64,000 nucleotides of DNA, taken from assembly GCA_030765485.1 (NCBI GenBank), contig JAVCCR010000032.1, positions 55,481 through 119,480 on the forward strand. The letters run 5' to 3'. This document shows positions 39,446 to 49,000 of this stretch, piece by piece; position 1 is the first letter of the stretch, and each line of letters begins with the position of its first letter. This DNA comes from Candidatus Gygaella obscura. GTDB taxonomy: Bacteria > Omnitrophota > Gorgyraeia > Gygaellales > Gygaellaceae. The position numbers and the translations under genes are program-made. Under the pieces are notes generated by a model. That model had not been told where the DNA came from, made no database searches, and saw only the letters and a program-made list of their open reading frames with translations.

Positions 39446-40285
39446 ATGAAAACAAAAATTAATTATTCAAGCCAGGATTTAGAGCAATTAAAATGTATAT
39501 CTACTAAGATTAGGTGTAATATCGTAAAGATGATTGCAAATGCAAAAAGCGGTCATCCCGGAGGGAGCTTATCTTCTACGGAATTGCTCACTGTTTTATT
39601 TTTTAAAGTGATGAAATATGATGTTAAACGTCTTGATTGGGGAGAAAGGGATAGGTTTCATCTTTCCAAAGGGCATTGTTGTCCTCTTTGGTATGCGGTT
39701 TTAGCAGAGGCGGGTTATTTTTCAGCAGAGGAATTAAAAACCTTAAGGAAGTTAGGTACGTTTTTACAGGGTCATCCAGACCGGCGAACCCCAGGAGTTG
39801 ATGTTGCCAGCGGTTCTTTAGGGCAGGGTCTATCTGTGGCTTTGGGTATGTCTTTGGCAGCAAAAATGGATAATTTAGACTATAGGGTGTATTGTTTGAT
39901 GGGAGATGGAGAGATGCAGGAAGGCAATATCTGGGAAGCAGCAATGGCAGCTGCGCACTATAAATGTGATAATATATGCGCATTGCTGGATTATAATGGT
40001 TTTCAAATAGATGGTCGTGTGGTTGATGTGATGAATCTTGAGCCGATAGTTGATAAATGGCGTGCTTTTGGTTGGCATACTATTTCTATAGATGGCCACG
40101 ACATGAAACAAATACTTGATGCCTACAATGAGGCAATTACCGTGAAGTTAAAACCTACAATTATTATTGCCCGTACCATTAAAGGCAAGGGCGTTAGCTG
40201 TATGGAGAACGTGTGTGATTTTCATGGCCGAGCTCCTAACGTAGAAGAAACTAAGCAGGCTCTCGAAGATCTAGGGGAAAATTAA
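39446..40285 (+). CDS. transketolase, N-terminal (TPP-binding) subunit
   Basis: 279 aa with GHPGGSLS and GDGE motifs. A split transketolase. Confidence 0.9.
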   Translation: MKTKINYSSQDLEQLKCISTKIRCNIVKMIANAKSGHPGGSLSSTELLTVLFFKVMKYDVKRLDWGERDRFHLSKGHCCPLWYAVLAEAGYFSAEELKTLRKLGTFLQGHPDRRTPGVDVASGSLGQGLSVALGMSLAAKMDNLDYRVYCLMGDGEMQEGNIWEAAMAAAHYKCDNICALLDYNGFQIDGRVVDVMNLEPIVDKWRAFGWHTISIDGHDMKQILDAYNEAITVKLKPTIIIARTIKGKGVSCMENVCDFHGRAPNVEETKQALEDLGEN

Positions 40286-40287
40286 TT

Positions 40288-41217
40288 ATGGAACAAATGT
40301 ATCAAAGAGATGTGTATGGTAAGACTTTGGTTGAATTGGGTAAAAAACACAAAGACCTGGTAGTCTTAGATGCTGATCTTTCCGGATCTACTAGAACCTC
40401 TTTTTTTGCCAAGGAATTTAAGGATAGATTTTTTAATTTTGGAGTAGCTGAACAGAACATGATGGCTACCTCTGCAGGGTTAGCAAGTTGCGGCAAGAAA
40501 GTATTTGTTTCTACTTTTGCTATGTTTGCAACTGGAAGAGCATGGGATCAGGTCAGAAATAGCGTTTGTTATAATAAATTTAATGTTAAAATCGTTGCTA
40601 CTCATGCTGGTCTTACTGTTGGTCCTGATGGTGCAAGCCACCAGGCTTTGGAAGATATGGCTTTAATGAGCGTTATTCCAGGAATGAGAGTTATTATTCC
40701 TTGTGATGGTCCTCAGACAAGAGAGGCTATTATCGTTGCCTATGAAAACGAAGGTCCTTTTTATGTGCGTTTGAGCCGTTCAAAATTTCCTTCGGTTGAG
40801 AATCTGCCTAGTTTTAAACTGGGCAAGGCGCAGAGGTTAAGAGAGGGTAAAGATATAGCAATATTTGCCTGCGGGATAATGGTGAATACAGCTATTAAGG
40901 CTGCCCGGGTTTTAGAAGATTTAAATATTGATGCGCGTGTAGTAAATGTCCATACTTTAAAGCCAATTGATACAGAAGAGATTATTGCTGCGGCTAAAGA
41001 AACTAAGGCGATATTAGTTTGTGAGGAACATAATATAATCGGTGGCCTTTTTAGCGCTATAAGCCAGGTTGTTTGTGAAAACTATCCTGCGAAGGTTCAT
41101 TCTCTATCTGTTCGAAATCGTTTTGGTCAGTCCGGAGAACCTGATGAGTTACTTCAGAAGTATCATTTGGCTTCAAATGATATAGTAGAGTTAACAGAAA
41201 AAATTCTTAAGGCCTAG
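40288..41217 (+). CDS. transketolase, C-terminal (pyrimidine-binding) subunit
   Basis: 309 aa partner subunit immediately downstream. Confidence 0.9.
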   Translation: MEQMYQRDVYGKTLVELGKKHKDLVVLDADLSGSTRTSFFAKEFKDRFFNFGVAEQNMMATSAGLASCGKKVFVSTFAMFATGRAWDQVRNSVCYNKFNVKIVATHAGLTVGPDGASHQALEDMALMSVIPGMRVIIPCDGPQTREAIIVAYENEGPFYVRLSRSKFPSVENLPSFKLGKAQRLREGKDIAIFACGIMVNTAIKAARVLEDLNIDARVVNVHTLKPIDTEEIIAAAKETKAILVCEEHNIIGGLFSAISQVVCENYPAKVHSLSVRNRFGQSGEPDELLQKYHLASNDIVELTEKILKA

Positions 41218-41228
41218 TTTTATCCATC

Positions 41229-42110
41229 ATGAAGCATCTTTTTATTAAAAGTCCTGCAAAAATCAATTTATACCTCGATGTCCTCTCTAAAAGAAAAGAC
41301 GGCTATCATAATCTGCTTACTTTTTTCGAAAGAATTTCTCTTTTTGATAAAATCTATTTAAAAATAACAGATAAAGAAAAGGGGATTAAGCTATGTTGTA
41401 ACAAAAAAGGCATTCCCTGCGGAAGTGATAATTTAGCATATAAGGCAGCTGTTCTTATAAGAGAGGATTTTGATATTACTTCAGGATTAAGAATAGATCT
41501 AGTTAAGAATATTCCTTCTGGGGCTGGCCTTGGAGGGGCCTCAAGCAATGCGGCAATGACTCTTTTGGGCCTCAATAGGCTTTATAACCTTAAACTATCT
41601 AGGAAAAAACTATTTGTCTATGCTAGGAAAATTGGCTCTGACGTGAATTTTTTCCTGCTTGAGAAGAGTTTTGCTTTGGCAAAGGATAAAGGGGATGTTT
41701 TTTTGCCGATAAGAGGCCTTAAAACTGATAAAATATGGCATTTACTGCTTATTCCTAAGAAAAAAATTCTTACAAAAAACATATACAAAACGCTTAATCT
41801 TAAAAAGAATAAAAGTTTGACAAGATCTTTAAAGAATGTTAGACTAATGACTTACGCGTTAGAAAAAAAGGATAACTCTCTTCTCTCGAGAGCTATTTAC
41901 AATAAGCTTGAAGAGGTTACTTTAAAAAAGCTTGTTGAGATCGGGAGAATAAAATATAAGCTCAAAGCGCTGGGCGTTGATTGCAGTTTAATGTCAGGCA
42001 GTGGGCCTGCTGTGTTTGGGATTGTTCATACGAGAAAGGAGGCGCTAAGGCTTAAGAGAGAGTTTATACAGATAAAGGATTTAGATAGTTTTGTAGTGAG
42101 CACTTTTTAA
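41229..42110 (+). CDS. ispE: 4-diphosphocytidyl-2-C-methyl-D-erythritol kinase
   Basis: 293 aa GHMP kinase with PSGAGLGGASSNAA. Confidence 0.85.
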   Translation: MKHLFIKSPAKINLYLDVLSKRKDGYHNLLTFFERISLFDKIYLKITDKEKGIKLCCNKKGIPCGSDNLAYKAAVLIREDFDITSGLRIDLVKNIPSGAGLGGASSNAAMTLLGLNRLYNLKLSRKKLFVYARKIGSDVNFFLLEKSFALAKDKGDVFLPIRGLKTDKIWHLLLIPKKKILTKNIYKTLNLKKNKSLTRSLKNVRLMTYALEKKDNSLLSRAIYNKLEEVTLKKLVEIGRIKYKLKALGVDCSLMSGSGPAVFGIVHTRKEALRLKREFIQIKDLDSFVVSTF

Positions 42111-42135
42111 TTATTTAATAAGGAGGCTTGGACTT

Positions 42136-42531
42136 ATGGAGATTACTGAAGTCAGGATTTTTCCTAGAGAAAGTGTTGATAAAAAACTTAGAGCTTATGC
42201 CGCTGTTACTTTTGATAATTCTTTTGTAGTTAGAAACATTAAAGTAATTCAAGGTAATAATGGATTATTTATTGCAATGCCGTCGAGAAAAATAAAGCAG
42301 CCTTGTCCAAAATGCAATTTTAAAAATGAAACAAGAAGCAAATTTTGCAATCAGTGCGGTGCTAGCTTGCCAGTAAAAGAGAAGCCTTTAACACCGGGAG
42401 CTGATATGTTAAGCCAGATACAAGCTGAACATAAAGATATTGCCCATCCTATTACCCAAAGTTTTAGGGAGTACTTGCAAAAGCGTATTCTTGAGGCTTA
42501 CGAACAGGAAAAAAGCAAGACCACTGTTTGA
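42136..42531 (+). CDS. spoVG: SpoVG-family nucleic-acid-binding protein with inserted C4 zinc ribbon
   Basis: The N-terminus (MEITEVRIFPRE...VIQGNNGLFIAMPSRK) is SpoVG. A CPKC-x10-CNQC ribbon (aa 57-74) is inserted before the conserved DIAHPIT segment. Confidence 0.75.
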   Translation: MEITEVRIFPRESVDKKLRAYAAVTFDNSFVVRNIKVIQGNNGLFIAMPSRKIKQPCPKCNFKNETRSKFCNQCGASLPVKEKPLTPGADMLSQIQAEHKDIAHPITQSFREYLQKRILEAYEQEKSKTTV

Positions 42532-42545
42532 CAAATTTAAAACTT

Positions 42546-42617
42546 TGCCCGGTAGTGTAATTGGTAACACACGAGAATTTGGGTCTCGCTTTTCTGGTTC
42601 GAGTCCAGACCGGGCAG
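42546..42617 (+). tRNA. tRNA-Gln (anticodon UUG)
   Basis: Cloverleaf folded by hand: acceptor TGCCCGG/CCGGGCA (U1-A72, discriminator G), D-stem GTGT/ACAC, anticodon stem CGAGA/TCTCG with loop ATTTGGG, T-stem TCTGG/CCAGA with loop TTCGAGT. CCA is not encoded. Confidence 0.8.
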
Positions 42618-42636
42618 AATCTGAAGGTAAACGATT

Positions 42637-43932
42637 ATGAAAAATGTAACTACAGTTATTTTGGCAGCAGGTAAGGGAGTGCGCATGAAGTCGCAATTAC
42701 CCAAGGTATTACATACTTTATGCGGTAAACCGTTATTGCAATATAGCATTGATTTATCGCTTAAGTTGGGGATAAAGCCAATATTGGTTTTAGGTTCGCA
42801 AAAAGATTCCTTTAAGGATTACGCTTCAAGTTTTAAGACAGTGTTTCAGATAAAACCAAAAGGCACGGCAGATGCAGTTAAGTTATTAAAGAAATTTTCG
42901 CATGTTATTTCATCTAATCTAGTTGTTTTATATGGGGATATTTCTTTGCTCAGGCCGGATACGATAAAGAATTTAATTAATAGCCATGTAAAAAGCGAAG
43001 CAGCTGCCACTGTTTTAACAACATATATGGATAATCCTACTGGATATGGCAGGGTAGTTAGAGATAATTTAAGCAATATCCTAAAAATTGCCGAGGAAAA
43101 AGATGCTACTTTGGCAGAAAAAGATATAAAAGAGATCAATACTGGAATAGTCTGTTTTAAGAAAAAAGTTTTGTTTTCTTATATCAATAAAATAAAGTCT
43201 AATAATAGTAAAAAAGAGTTTTATTTAACGGATATATTTTCCATATTCAGAGAGCAACGTATTAAAATTAACTCTATTCTGCTGGAAGATTGCACTGAAA
43301 GTTTAGGCATTAATACACAGAAAGATCTGGTAACGGCTTCAAAGATTATGCGCAGTCGTATTGTTGACGATCTTTTTGAAAAAGGGGTAAGAATAATTGC
43401 TCCGGAGACCCTGTTTATAGAAACAGATGTAGAGATCGGTACGGATACAGTGATTTATCCTTATGTGGTTATTGATCGCAACGTCCAAATCGGTGCAAAT
43501 TGTAGTATCGGACCATTTTGTCATATTAGGCAGGGGTCTGTGATCAAAGACAATAATACAATCGGTAACTTTACCGAAATCGTACGTTCTAAAATTGGTA
43601 AAGATGGGTTTATGAAACACTTTTCTTACGTTGGAGATAGTATTCTTGGTGATAATGTTAATGTTGGTGCAGGGGTTATCACAGCAAACTTTGATGGTAG
43701 GGAAAAGTCTATCACAAAAGTAAAAGATAAGGCTTTTTTAGGCAGTGGTACGGTTTTAGTTGCGCCGGTTACGGTGGGTAAAGGCGCGGTTTCAGGAGCT
43801 GGTAGTGTGATTACGAAGAATAAAAATATTCCTGATAATTCGGTTTGTATGGGTATTCCGGCAGTTGTAAAGAACATCGATAAAAAGAAACAAAAAATTA
43901 ACAAATCAAATAAAAAGAAGAAAAAGAAATGA
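42637..43932 (+). CDS. glmU: bifunctional GlcNAc-1-P uridyltransferase / GlcN-1-P acetyltransferase
   Basis: 431 aa with N-terminal LAAGKGVRMKS and C-terminal left-handed beta-helix hexapeptide repeats. Ends in a poly-lysine tail. Confidence 0.9.
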   Translation: MKNVTTVILAAGKGVRMKSQLPKVLHTLCGKPLLQYSIDLSLKLGIKPILVLGSQKDSFKDYASSFKTVFQIKPKGTADAVKLLKKFSHVISSNLVVLYGDISLLRPDTIKNLINSHVKSEAAATVLTTYMDNPTGYGRVVRDNLSNILKIAEEKDATLAEKDIKEINTGIVCFKKKVLFSYINKIKSNNSKKEFYLTDIFSIFREQRIKINSILLEDCTESLGINTQKDLVTASKIMRSRIVDDLFEKGVRIIAPETLFIETDVEIGTDTVIYPYVVIDRNVQIGANCSIGPFCHIRQGSVIKDNNTIGNFTEIVRSKIGKDGFMKHFSYVGDSILGDNVNVGAGVITANFDGREKSITKVKDKAFLGSGTVLVAPVTVGKGAVSGAGSVITKNKNIPDNSVCMGIPAVVKNIDKKKQKINKSNKKKKKK

Positions 43933-44867
43933 AAGAAAAAGTATGCGTATTTAGCGGTAATGCCAATAAAGACCTCGCGTTAGGCATATGTAAAAAAATG
44001 GATCTTAAACTTAAGGAAGCTTTGGTTACTCGTTTTAGCGAAGGTGAAGTGCGCGTTCAGATTAAAGACAATGTTCGCGGTAAAGACGTATTTGTAATTC
44101 AGCCAACATGTCCTCCGGTAAACGATAATATGATGGAGCTTTTGATTATGATCGATGCCTTAAGGCGCGCCTCAAGTGGTAGGATAACAGCAGTTGTGCC
44201 TTATTTTGGTTATGCTAGACAGGACAGAAAAGATCAACCCAGGGTTCCTATAACTGCAAAGCTAATTGCCAACCTTTTGACTAATGCCGGTGTAAATAGA
44301 ATTCTTACTATGGATCTTCATGCAGGTCAAATTCAGGGATTTTTTGATATCCCCTTGGATCACTTATATGCGATTGGAATTTTTGCGGATTATTTTTCAA
44401 AGCTAAATTCTAAGAATCTTTGTGTGGTTTCTCCCGATGTAGGAGGAATAAAGATGGCCAGAAGCTATGCCAAGAGGTTGAATGCCGGTTTAGCTATAGT
44501 AGATAAGCGTCGTATTAGTCCGGAGCAGACAGAGGTAATGAATATTTTAGGTGAAATCAAGGATCGCGATGTTGTTTTAGTTGATGACATACTTGCAACC
44601 GGGACCTCGGTTATAGAGGCTGTTAATTTCTTAAAGAAAATCGGTGCGGGAAATATATACGTTGCTATAACACATGGGATACTTTCAGGTAATGCGATTG
44701 ATAAAATTAAATCCTCACAAATAAAAGAACTTGTAATTACTGATACTATTCCTCTGCCTAAGGATAAACAGATTCCTAAGATAAAAGTATTATCGGTTGC
44801 CGGATTATTGGCAGAAGCAATTAAGAGAATTCACAAAGAAGAATCAATAAGTTGTCTTTTTGATTAA
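43929..44867 (+). CDS. prs: ribose-phosphate pyrophosphokinase
   Basis: 312 aa with the PRPP-binding VDDILATGTS. Confidence 0.9.
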   Translation: MKEKVCVFSGNANKDLALGICKKMDLKLKEALVTRFSEGEVRVQIKDNVRGKDVFVIQPTCPPVNDNMMELLIMIDALRRASSGRITAVVPYFGYARQDRKDQPRVPITAKLIANLLTNAGVNRILTMDLHAGQIQGFFDIPLDHLYAIGIFADYFSKLNSKNLCVVSPDVGGIKMARSYAKRLNAGLAIVDKRRISPEQTEVMNILGEIKDRDVVLVDDILATGTSVIEAVNFLKKIGAGNIYVAITHGILSGNAIDKIKSSQIKELVITDTIPLPKDKQIPKIKVLSVAGLLAEAIKRIHKEESISCLFD

Positions 44868-44883
44868 TAACAAGGAGTTTAAG

Positions 44884-45594
44884 ATGGAAGAGTTAGTTTT
44901 AGAGGTTTCTACAAGAGAAGAGGTTGGTAAATCAGCTGTAACAAGAATAAGGAATGAAAATTTTATTCCTGCAGTATTATACGGAAAAAATAGAGAATCT
45001 GTAAGTATTAAAGTTTCTACCAAAAATCTTCATAAACTTGTAAATGAAGGAAGATTGGAAAATGCGCTTATAAGGTTAGTATTTAAAGATAAGGGTGAAA
45101 AGTCAAAACCAATACATACCTTGGTTAAGGAGCTTCAGTTTGAGCCGGTAAAGGATACGATTCTACACATTGACTTTAATGAGATTTCTATGACGGAAAA
45201 TATCAAGGTTAAAGTTCCTGTAAAGCCTAAGGGAGAACCCGAAGGTGTTAAAAAAGACGGTGGGTCTTTAGAGCATTTATTGTGGGAGTTGGATGTGGAG
45301 TGTTTACCTACAAGTGTACCGAATAAATTCGAGATAGATGTTAGTGCTTTAAAAATAGGTGATGGTATTCATATTCGCGATATCGTTGTTCCAGAGGGTG
45401 TAAAGATTTTACATGAGGAAGATAGTCTTGTTTTTAGCGTAACAGCACCTACTAAAGAAGAGTTGTCACAGGAAACAGAAGCCGCTGAAGGTTCAGAATC
45501 CGCAGAGCCGGAAGTAATCAAGAAGAAGAAAGAGTCAGCCGAAGGTGAAGCAGGCGCTGAAGCAAATAAGCCGGAAAAGAAAGAAGCAAAATAA
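44884..45594 (+). CDS. rplY: 50S ribosomal protein L25 / general stress protein Ctc
   Basis: Start at ATG 44884 (RBS AAGGAG 44872-44877). bL25/Ctc fold with an acidic C-terminal extension. Confidence 0.8.
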   Translation: MEELVLEVSTREEVGKSAVTRIRNENFIPAVLYGKNRESVSIKVSTKNLHKLVNEGRLENALIRLVFKDKGEKSKPIHTLVKELQFEPVKDTILHIDFNEISMTENIKVKVPVKPKGEPEGVKKDGGSLEHLLWELDVECLPTSVPNKFEIDVSALKIGDGIHIRDIVVPEGVKILHEEDSLVFSVTAPTKEELSQETEAAEGSESAEPEVIKKKKESAEGEAGAEANKPEKKEAK

Positions 45595-45623
45595 TAGTAA
45601 ATTATCGTTCATATCAATAAAAG

Positions 45624-46184
45624 ATGAAGTTAATAGTTGGTTTAGGCAACCCAGGGGTTAAATACAGAAATTCGAGACACAATTTAGGTTTTTTGATAGC
45701 TGACAGTTTGACATCAAGATATAAGTTAAAATATAAGATTCTCAATGCCTGTTCGTCAAGAATTGCAAAGCATAAGAATTTTGTTATAGGTAAACCGCAG
45801 ACTTATATGAATTTATCCGGATCTGCGGTTAAATGCTTAGTAAAGAAGTTTAGGTTAGAAACAAAAGATATACTTGTGGTTTTTGATGATATAAATCTGG
45901 AGTTGGGACGATTTAAGATTACTTACGGTGGTTCTTATTATGGTCACAATGGTCTTAAGTCAGTAATAGAGTCTTTACACACTAAAGATGTGGCGAGATT
46001 GCGATTAGGGATAGGTACATTTTCTTCTGAAGATTTGACAGATTTTGTATTAGGTAATCTTACCCGAAAAGAAAAAAATTCAATTGATTCACAGCTTGAA
46101 ACTATAATCGATTGCTGTCAGGATTGGGTTGAAGAAGGAATAGATTTTACAATGAATAAATATAACAAAAGGAAGAAAGAATGA
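45624..46184 (+). CDS. pth: peptidyl-tRNA hydrolase
   Basis: 186 aa beginning MKLIVGLGNPG..Y..SRHN.G. Confidence 0.9.
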   Translation: MKLIVGLGNPGVKYRNSRHNLGFLIADSLTSRYKLKYKILNACSSRIAKHKNFVIGKPQTYMNLSGSAVKCLVKKFRLETKDILVVFDDINLELGRFKITYGGSYYGHNGLKSVIESLHTKDVARLRLGIGTFSSEDLTDFVLGNLTRKEKNSIDSQLETIIDCCQDWVEEGIDFTMNKYNKRKKE

Positions 46185-46504
46185 AAAATTTTTACGAAGC
46201 AATTTATATTTTAAAACCTAATCTTAGTAAAGAACAGCTCGACGCTCAAATAAACCATCTTAAAGAGCTTGTAACTAATGAAAAAGGAGAGATTAAGGAG
46301 GCTTCTTTTTGGCAGGAGAAAAGAAAACTTGCTTATCCGATAAAAAAGTTCCAGGAGGGGGTTTATTACTTGATTCAGTTTGACGCCGATCCAAGTCTTA
46401 TCGCTAAGCTGAGAAAATCATATAGATTGAACGAGAATATCTTAAGGTATCTGATTATTAAAAAAGAAAATTCAGCAAAAAAAATAGATTCAATAAAGGA
46501 GTAA
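46181..46504 (+). CDS. rpsF: 30S ribosomal protein S6
   Basis: 107 aa beginning YEAIYILKPNL, in the rpsF-ssb-rpsR-rplI order. Confidence 0.85.
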   Translation: MKNFYEAIYILKPNLSKEQLDAQINHLKELVTNEKGEIKEASFWQEKRKLAYPIKKFQEGVYYLIQFDADPSLIAKLRKSYRLNENILRYLIIKKENSAKKIDSIKE

Positions 46505-46508
46505 TGAT

Positions 46509-46955
46509 ATGGCAAATTTAAATAAAGTTCTTCTTATTGGCAATCTAACCCGTGACCCGGAATTGCGTTACACTCCTAATGGTACGGCTGTTGTTAATTT
46601 AGGTTTAGCCGTTAACAGAAGATATAAGGATAAAGCAGGAGAACAAAAAGACGACACCTGTTTTTTGACAGTTGTAGTGTGGAATAAGCAGGCGGAAGCA
46701 TGTAATCAATATCTGCAAAAAGGAAGAAGTATTTTTGTAGAAGGAACATTGCAGCAGCGTTCCTGGCAGGACGCTCAAGGGCAAAAAAGAACAGCTATGG
46801 ATATTAGGGCTGACAGAGTGCAGTTTTTGGGTGCGCAATCTACAGTCAATACCCAATCTCAACCTTCGAAAGAGCCTGTTTTTGAAGATACAAATTTAGA
46901 AAATAGCGGTCAAGATGTAGCATCTTGGTTAGAGGAGGATAAAAATAATGATTAG
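46509..46955 (+). CDS. ssb: single-stranded DNA-binding protein
   Basis: 148 aa with the OB fold LNKVLLIGNLTRDPELRYTPNG. The C-terminus ends ...SWLEEDKNND, without the usual DDDIPF tip. Confidence 0.9.
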   Translation: MANLNKVLLIGNLTRDPELRYTPNGTAVVNLGLAVNRRYKDKAGEQKDDTCFLTVVVWNKQAEACNQYLQKGRSIFVEGTLQQRSWQDAQGQKRTAMDIRADRVQFLGAQSTVNTQSQPSKEPVFEDTNLENSGQDVASWLEEDKNND

Positions 46956-47202
46956 GAAAAAAGATAGAAAAAAACGACGTATTTCTACAGTGCCATACAG
47001 AAAAAGATATTGCAGATTCTGTAAGGAAAGGGATAAGGAAATTGATTATAAAGATATTAGATTAGTTGAGCGTTTTGTCGGCGACCGTTTAAAAATCGTT
47101 CCCAGGCGCGCCAGTGGTCTTTGTGCTAAGCATCAAAGAAGAGTATCTGAAGCTATTAAAAGAGCAAGATTTTTGGCAATAATCGATTACGTAAAAAGAT
47201 AA
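46948..47202 (+). CDS. rpsR: 30S ribosomal protein S18
   Basis: 84 aa with YRKRYCRFCKE..IDYKD...RFV. Confidence 0.9.
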   Translation: MIRKKDRKKRRISTVPYRKRYCRFCKERDKEIDYKDIRLVERFVGDRLKIVPRRASGLCAKHQRRVSEAIKRARFLAIIDYVKR

Positions 47203-47203
47203 A

Positions 47204-47650
47204 ATGATTAAAGTTATATTAACGAAAAAAATTAATGGTTTAGGTCAAGCTGGTGAAACTGTAAAAGTAAAAGAAGGTTATTTAAGGAATTACCTTTTAC
47301 CCAATAATTTGGCAATGGAGGCAACCCCTGGTAATCTTAAGCGTTCTGAAGAACTAAAGCAGAAAATAGTGATTTCAAAAGAGAATGAAAAAAACCAGGC
47401 AATAAAGCTTGGCGATAGATTTAAGAATATTTCTCTTACTTTAAAAAAAGAAGCTACGGATCAGGATGTTTTGTATGGAAGTGTTTCGAAAGAAGATATC
47501 CAGACTTCTTTTAAAGATGAGGGCTTGGATATACAATTGGAAACTCTTCATATAGATGAGCCTATAAAAAAACTAGGAATTTATCACATAAGTGTTGTTT
47601 TACATCCGGAAGTAAAATTTAAAGTAAAGATCTGGGTTGTCAGAAAATAG
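47204..47650 (+). CDS. rplI: 50S ribosomal protein L9
   Basis: 148 aa beginning MIKVILTKKINGLGQAGETVKVKEGYLRNYLLP. Confidence 0.85.
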   Translation: MIKVILTKKINGLGQAGETVKVKEGYLRNYLLPNNLAMEATPGNLKRSEELKQKIVISKENEKNQAIKLGDRFKNISLTLKKEATDQDVLYGSVSKEDIQTSFKDEGLDIQLETLHIDEPIKKLGIYHISVVLHPEVKFKVKIWVVRK

Positions 47651-47653
47651 TTT

Positions 47654-48997
47654 ATGTCAGAAGATATTTATTTGAATAAAGTTCCTCCGCAGAATACCGA
47701 AGCTGAAATGGCTGTCTTGGGATCTATGTTGATTGATAAAGAAGCTATTCCTGCTGCTTTGGAGCTGCTTTCTACAGAATTCTTTTATGATAATTCCCAC
47801 CGTAAAGTATTTGAAGCAATAGTTGATTTATTTAATGAAAACCGTGCCGTAGATATTCTTACTCTTAGCTCTAGGTTGACTGAAAAAAATGAGTTGGAGA
47901 AAATTGGTGGTGTTAGTTACCTTACTAAATTGGTAAATTCAGTACCTACTTCAGCCAATGTTCAATATTACGCCAGGATTGTTAAACAAAAAGGCATTTT
48001 AAGATCTTTGATCAATAACGCCACATCAATAGTTGCTAAGGCGTATGATAGTAATGGAAATGTAGATGAAGTATTAGACTATGCGGAACGTTTGATTTTT
48101 GAGATTAGCGATAAAAAGATTGAAGGAGGGTTTGTTCCTGTTAGGGACATAATAAAGGATAGCATTGAACAAATCGATAAACTTTATCAAAGAAAGGCGC
48201 ATGTTACAGGATTACCCAGTGGTTTCAATGATTTTGATACCAAGACTGCTGGTTTGCAGTCTTCTGATCTTGTAATTATTGCTGGTAGGCCTTCTATGGG
48301 TAAAAGTGCTTTTGCTGTCAGCGTAATAGAACACATAAGTGTAGTAGAAAAGATTCCTACAGCTTTCTTCAGTTTGGAAATGTCTAAGGAGCAGCTTGTG
48401 CAACGACTTCTTTGTAGCCATGCCAGGGTTGATGCCCATAAGGTGAGAACTGGGTTTTTAGCCGGTTCTGACTGGCCAAGGCTTACAGCTGCTGCCGGTA
48501 AGCTTTCGGAGTCATCTATATTTATTGACGATACACCGGCCATAAGTGTGTTGGAATTGCGCGCAAAAGCAAGGAGGTTAAAGCTTCATCATAATATTAA
48601 GCTTGTTGTTGTAGATTATCTTCAGCTTATGAGGGGAAATGATAAAGAGAGCCGACAGCAGGAGATTTCAGAGATTTCACGTTCTCTAAAGGCCTTAGCA
48701 AGAGAATTAAATATTACTGTAATTGCTATAAGCCAGCTTTCCCGTGCTGTAGAGTCCCGCATAGGACATAAACCTCAGTTGTCGGATTTAAGAGAATCCG
48801 GCGCCATTGAACAGGATGCAGATGTGGTTGTACTTCTTTTTAGGGAAGAATATTATAATCCCAAGGAAGAGAATAAGGGAATAGCTGAAGTAAATATCGC
48901 CAAACAGAGAAACGGTCCTGTCGGGACAGTAAAATTAGCATTTTTGAAAGAGTATATGCGTTTTGAAAACTTAGCACCTAGCTTTATGGAGGAATAA
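47654..48997 (+). CDS. dnaB: replicative DNA helicase
   Basis: 447 aa with N-terminal PPQNTEAEMAVLGSML and Walker A GRPSMGKSAF. No intein. Confidence 0.9.
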   Translation: MSEDIYLNKVPPQNTEAEMAVLGSMLIDKEAIPAALELLSTEFFYDNSHRKVFEAIVDLFNENRAVDILTLSSRLTEKNELEKIGGVSYLTKLVNSVPTSANVQYYARIVKQKGILRSLINNATSIVAKAYDSNGNVDEVLDYAERLIFEISDKKIEGGFVPVRDIIKDSIEQIDKLYQRKAHVTGLPSGFNDFDTKTAGLQSSDLVIIAGRPSMGKSAFAVSVIEHISVVEKIPTAFFSLEMSKEQLVQRLLCSHARVDAHKVRTGFLAGSDWPRLTAAAGKLSESSIFIDDTPAISVLELRAKARRLKLHHNIKLVVVDYLQLMRGNDKESRQQEISEISRSLKALARELNITVIAISQLSRAVESRIGHKPQLSDLRESGAIEQDADVVVLLFREEYYNPKEENKGIAEVNIAKQRNGPVGTVKLAFLKEYMRFENLAPSFMEE

Positions 48998-49000
48998 TCT

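Noticed and set aside
42440-42749. ORFs 42440-42640 (+), 42409-42696 (-) and 42537-42749 (-) around the tRNA
   Set aside because: They overlap the hand-folded tRNA-Gln and the 3' end of spoVG and the 5' end of glmU. Translation through a tRNA gene is implausible.
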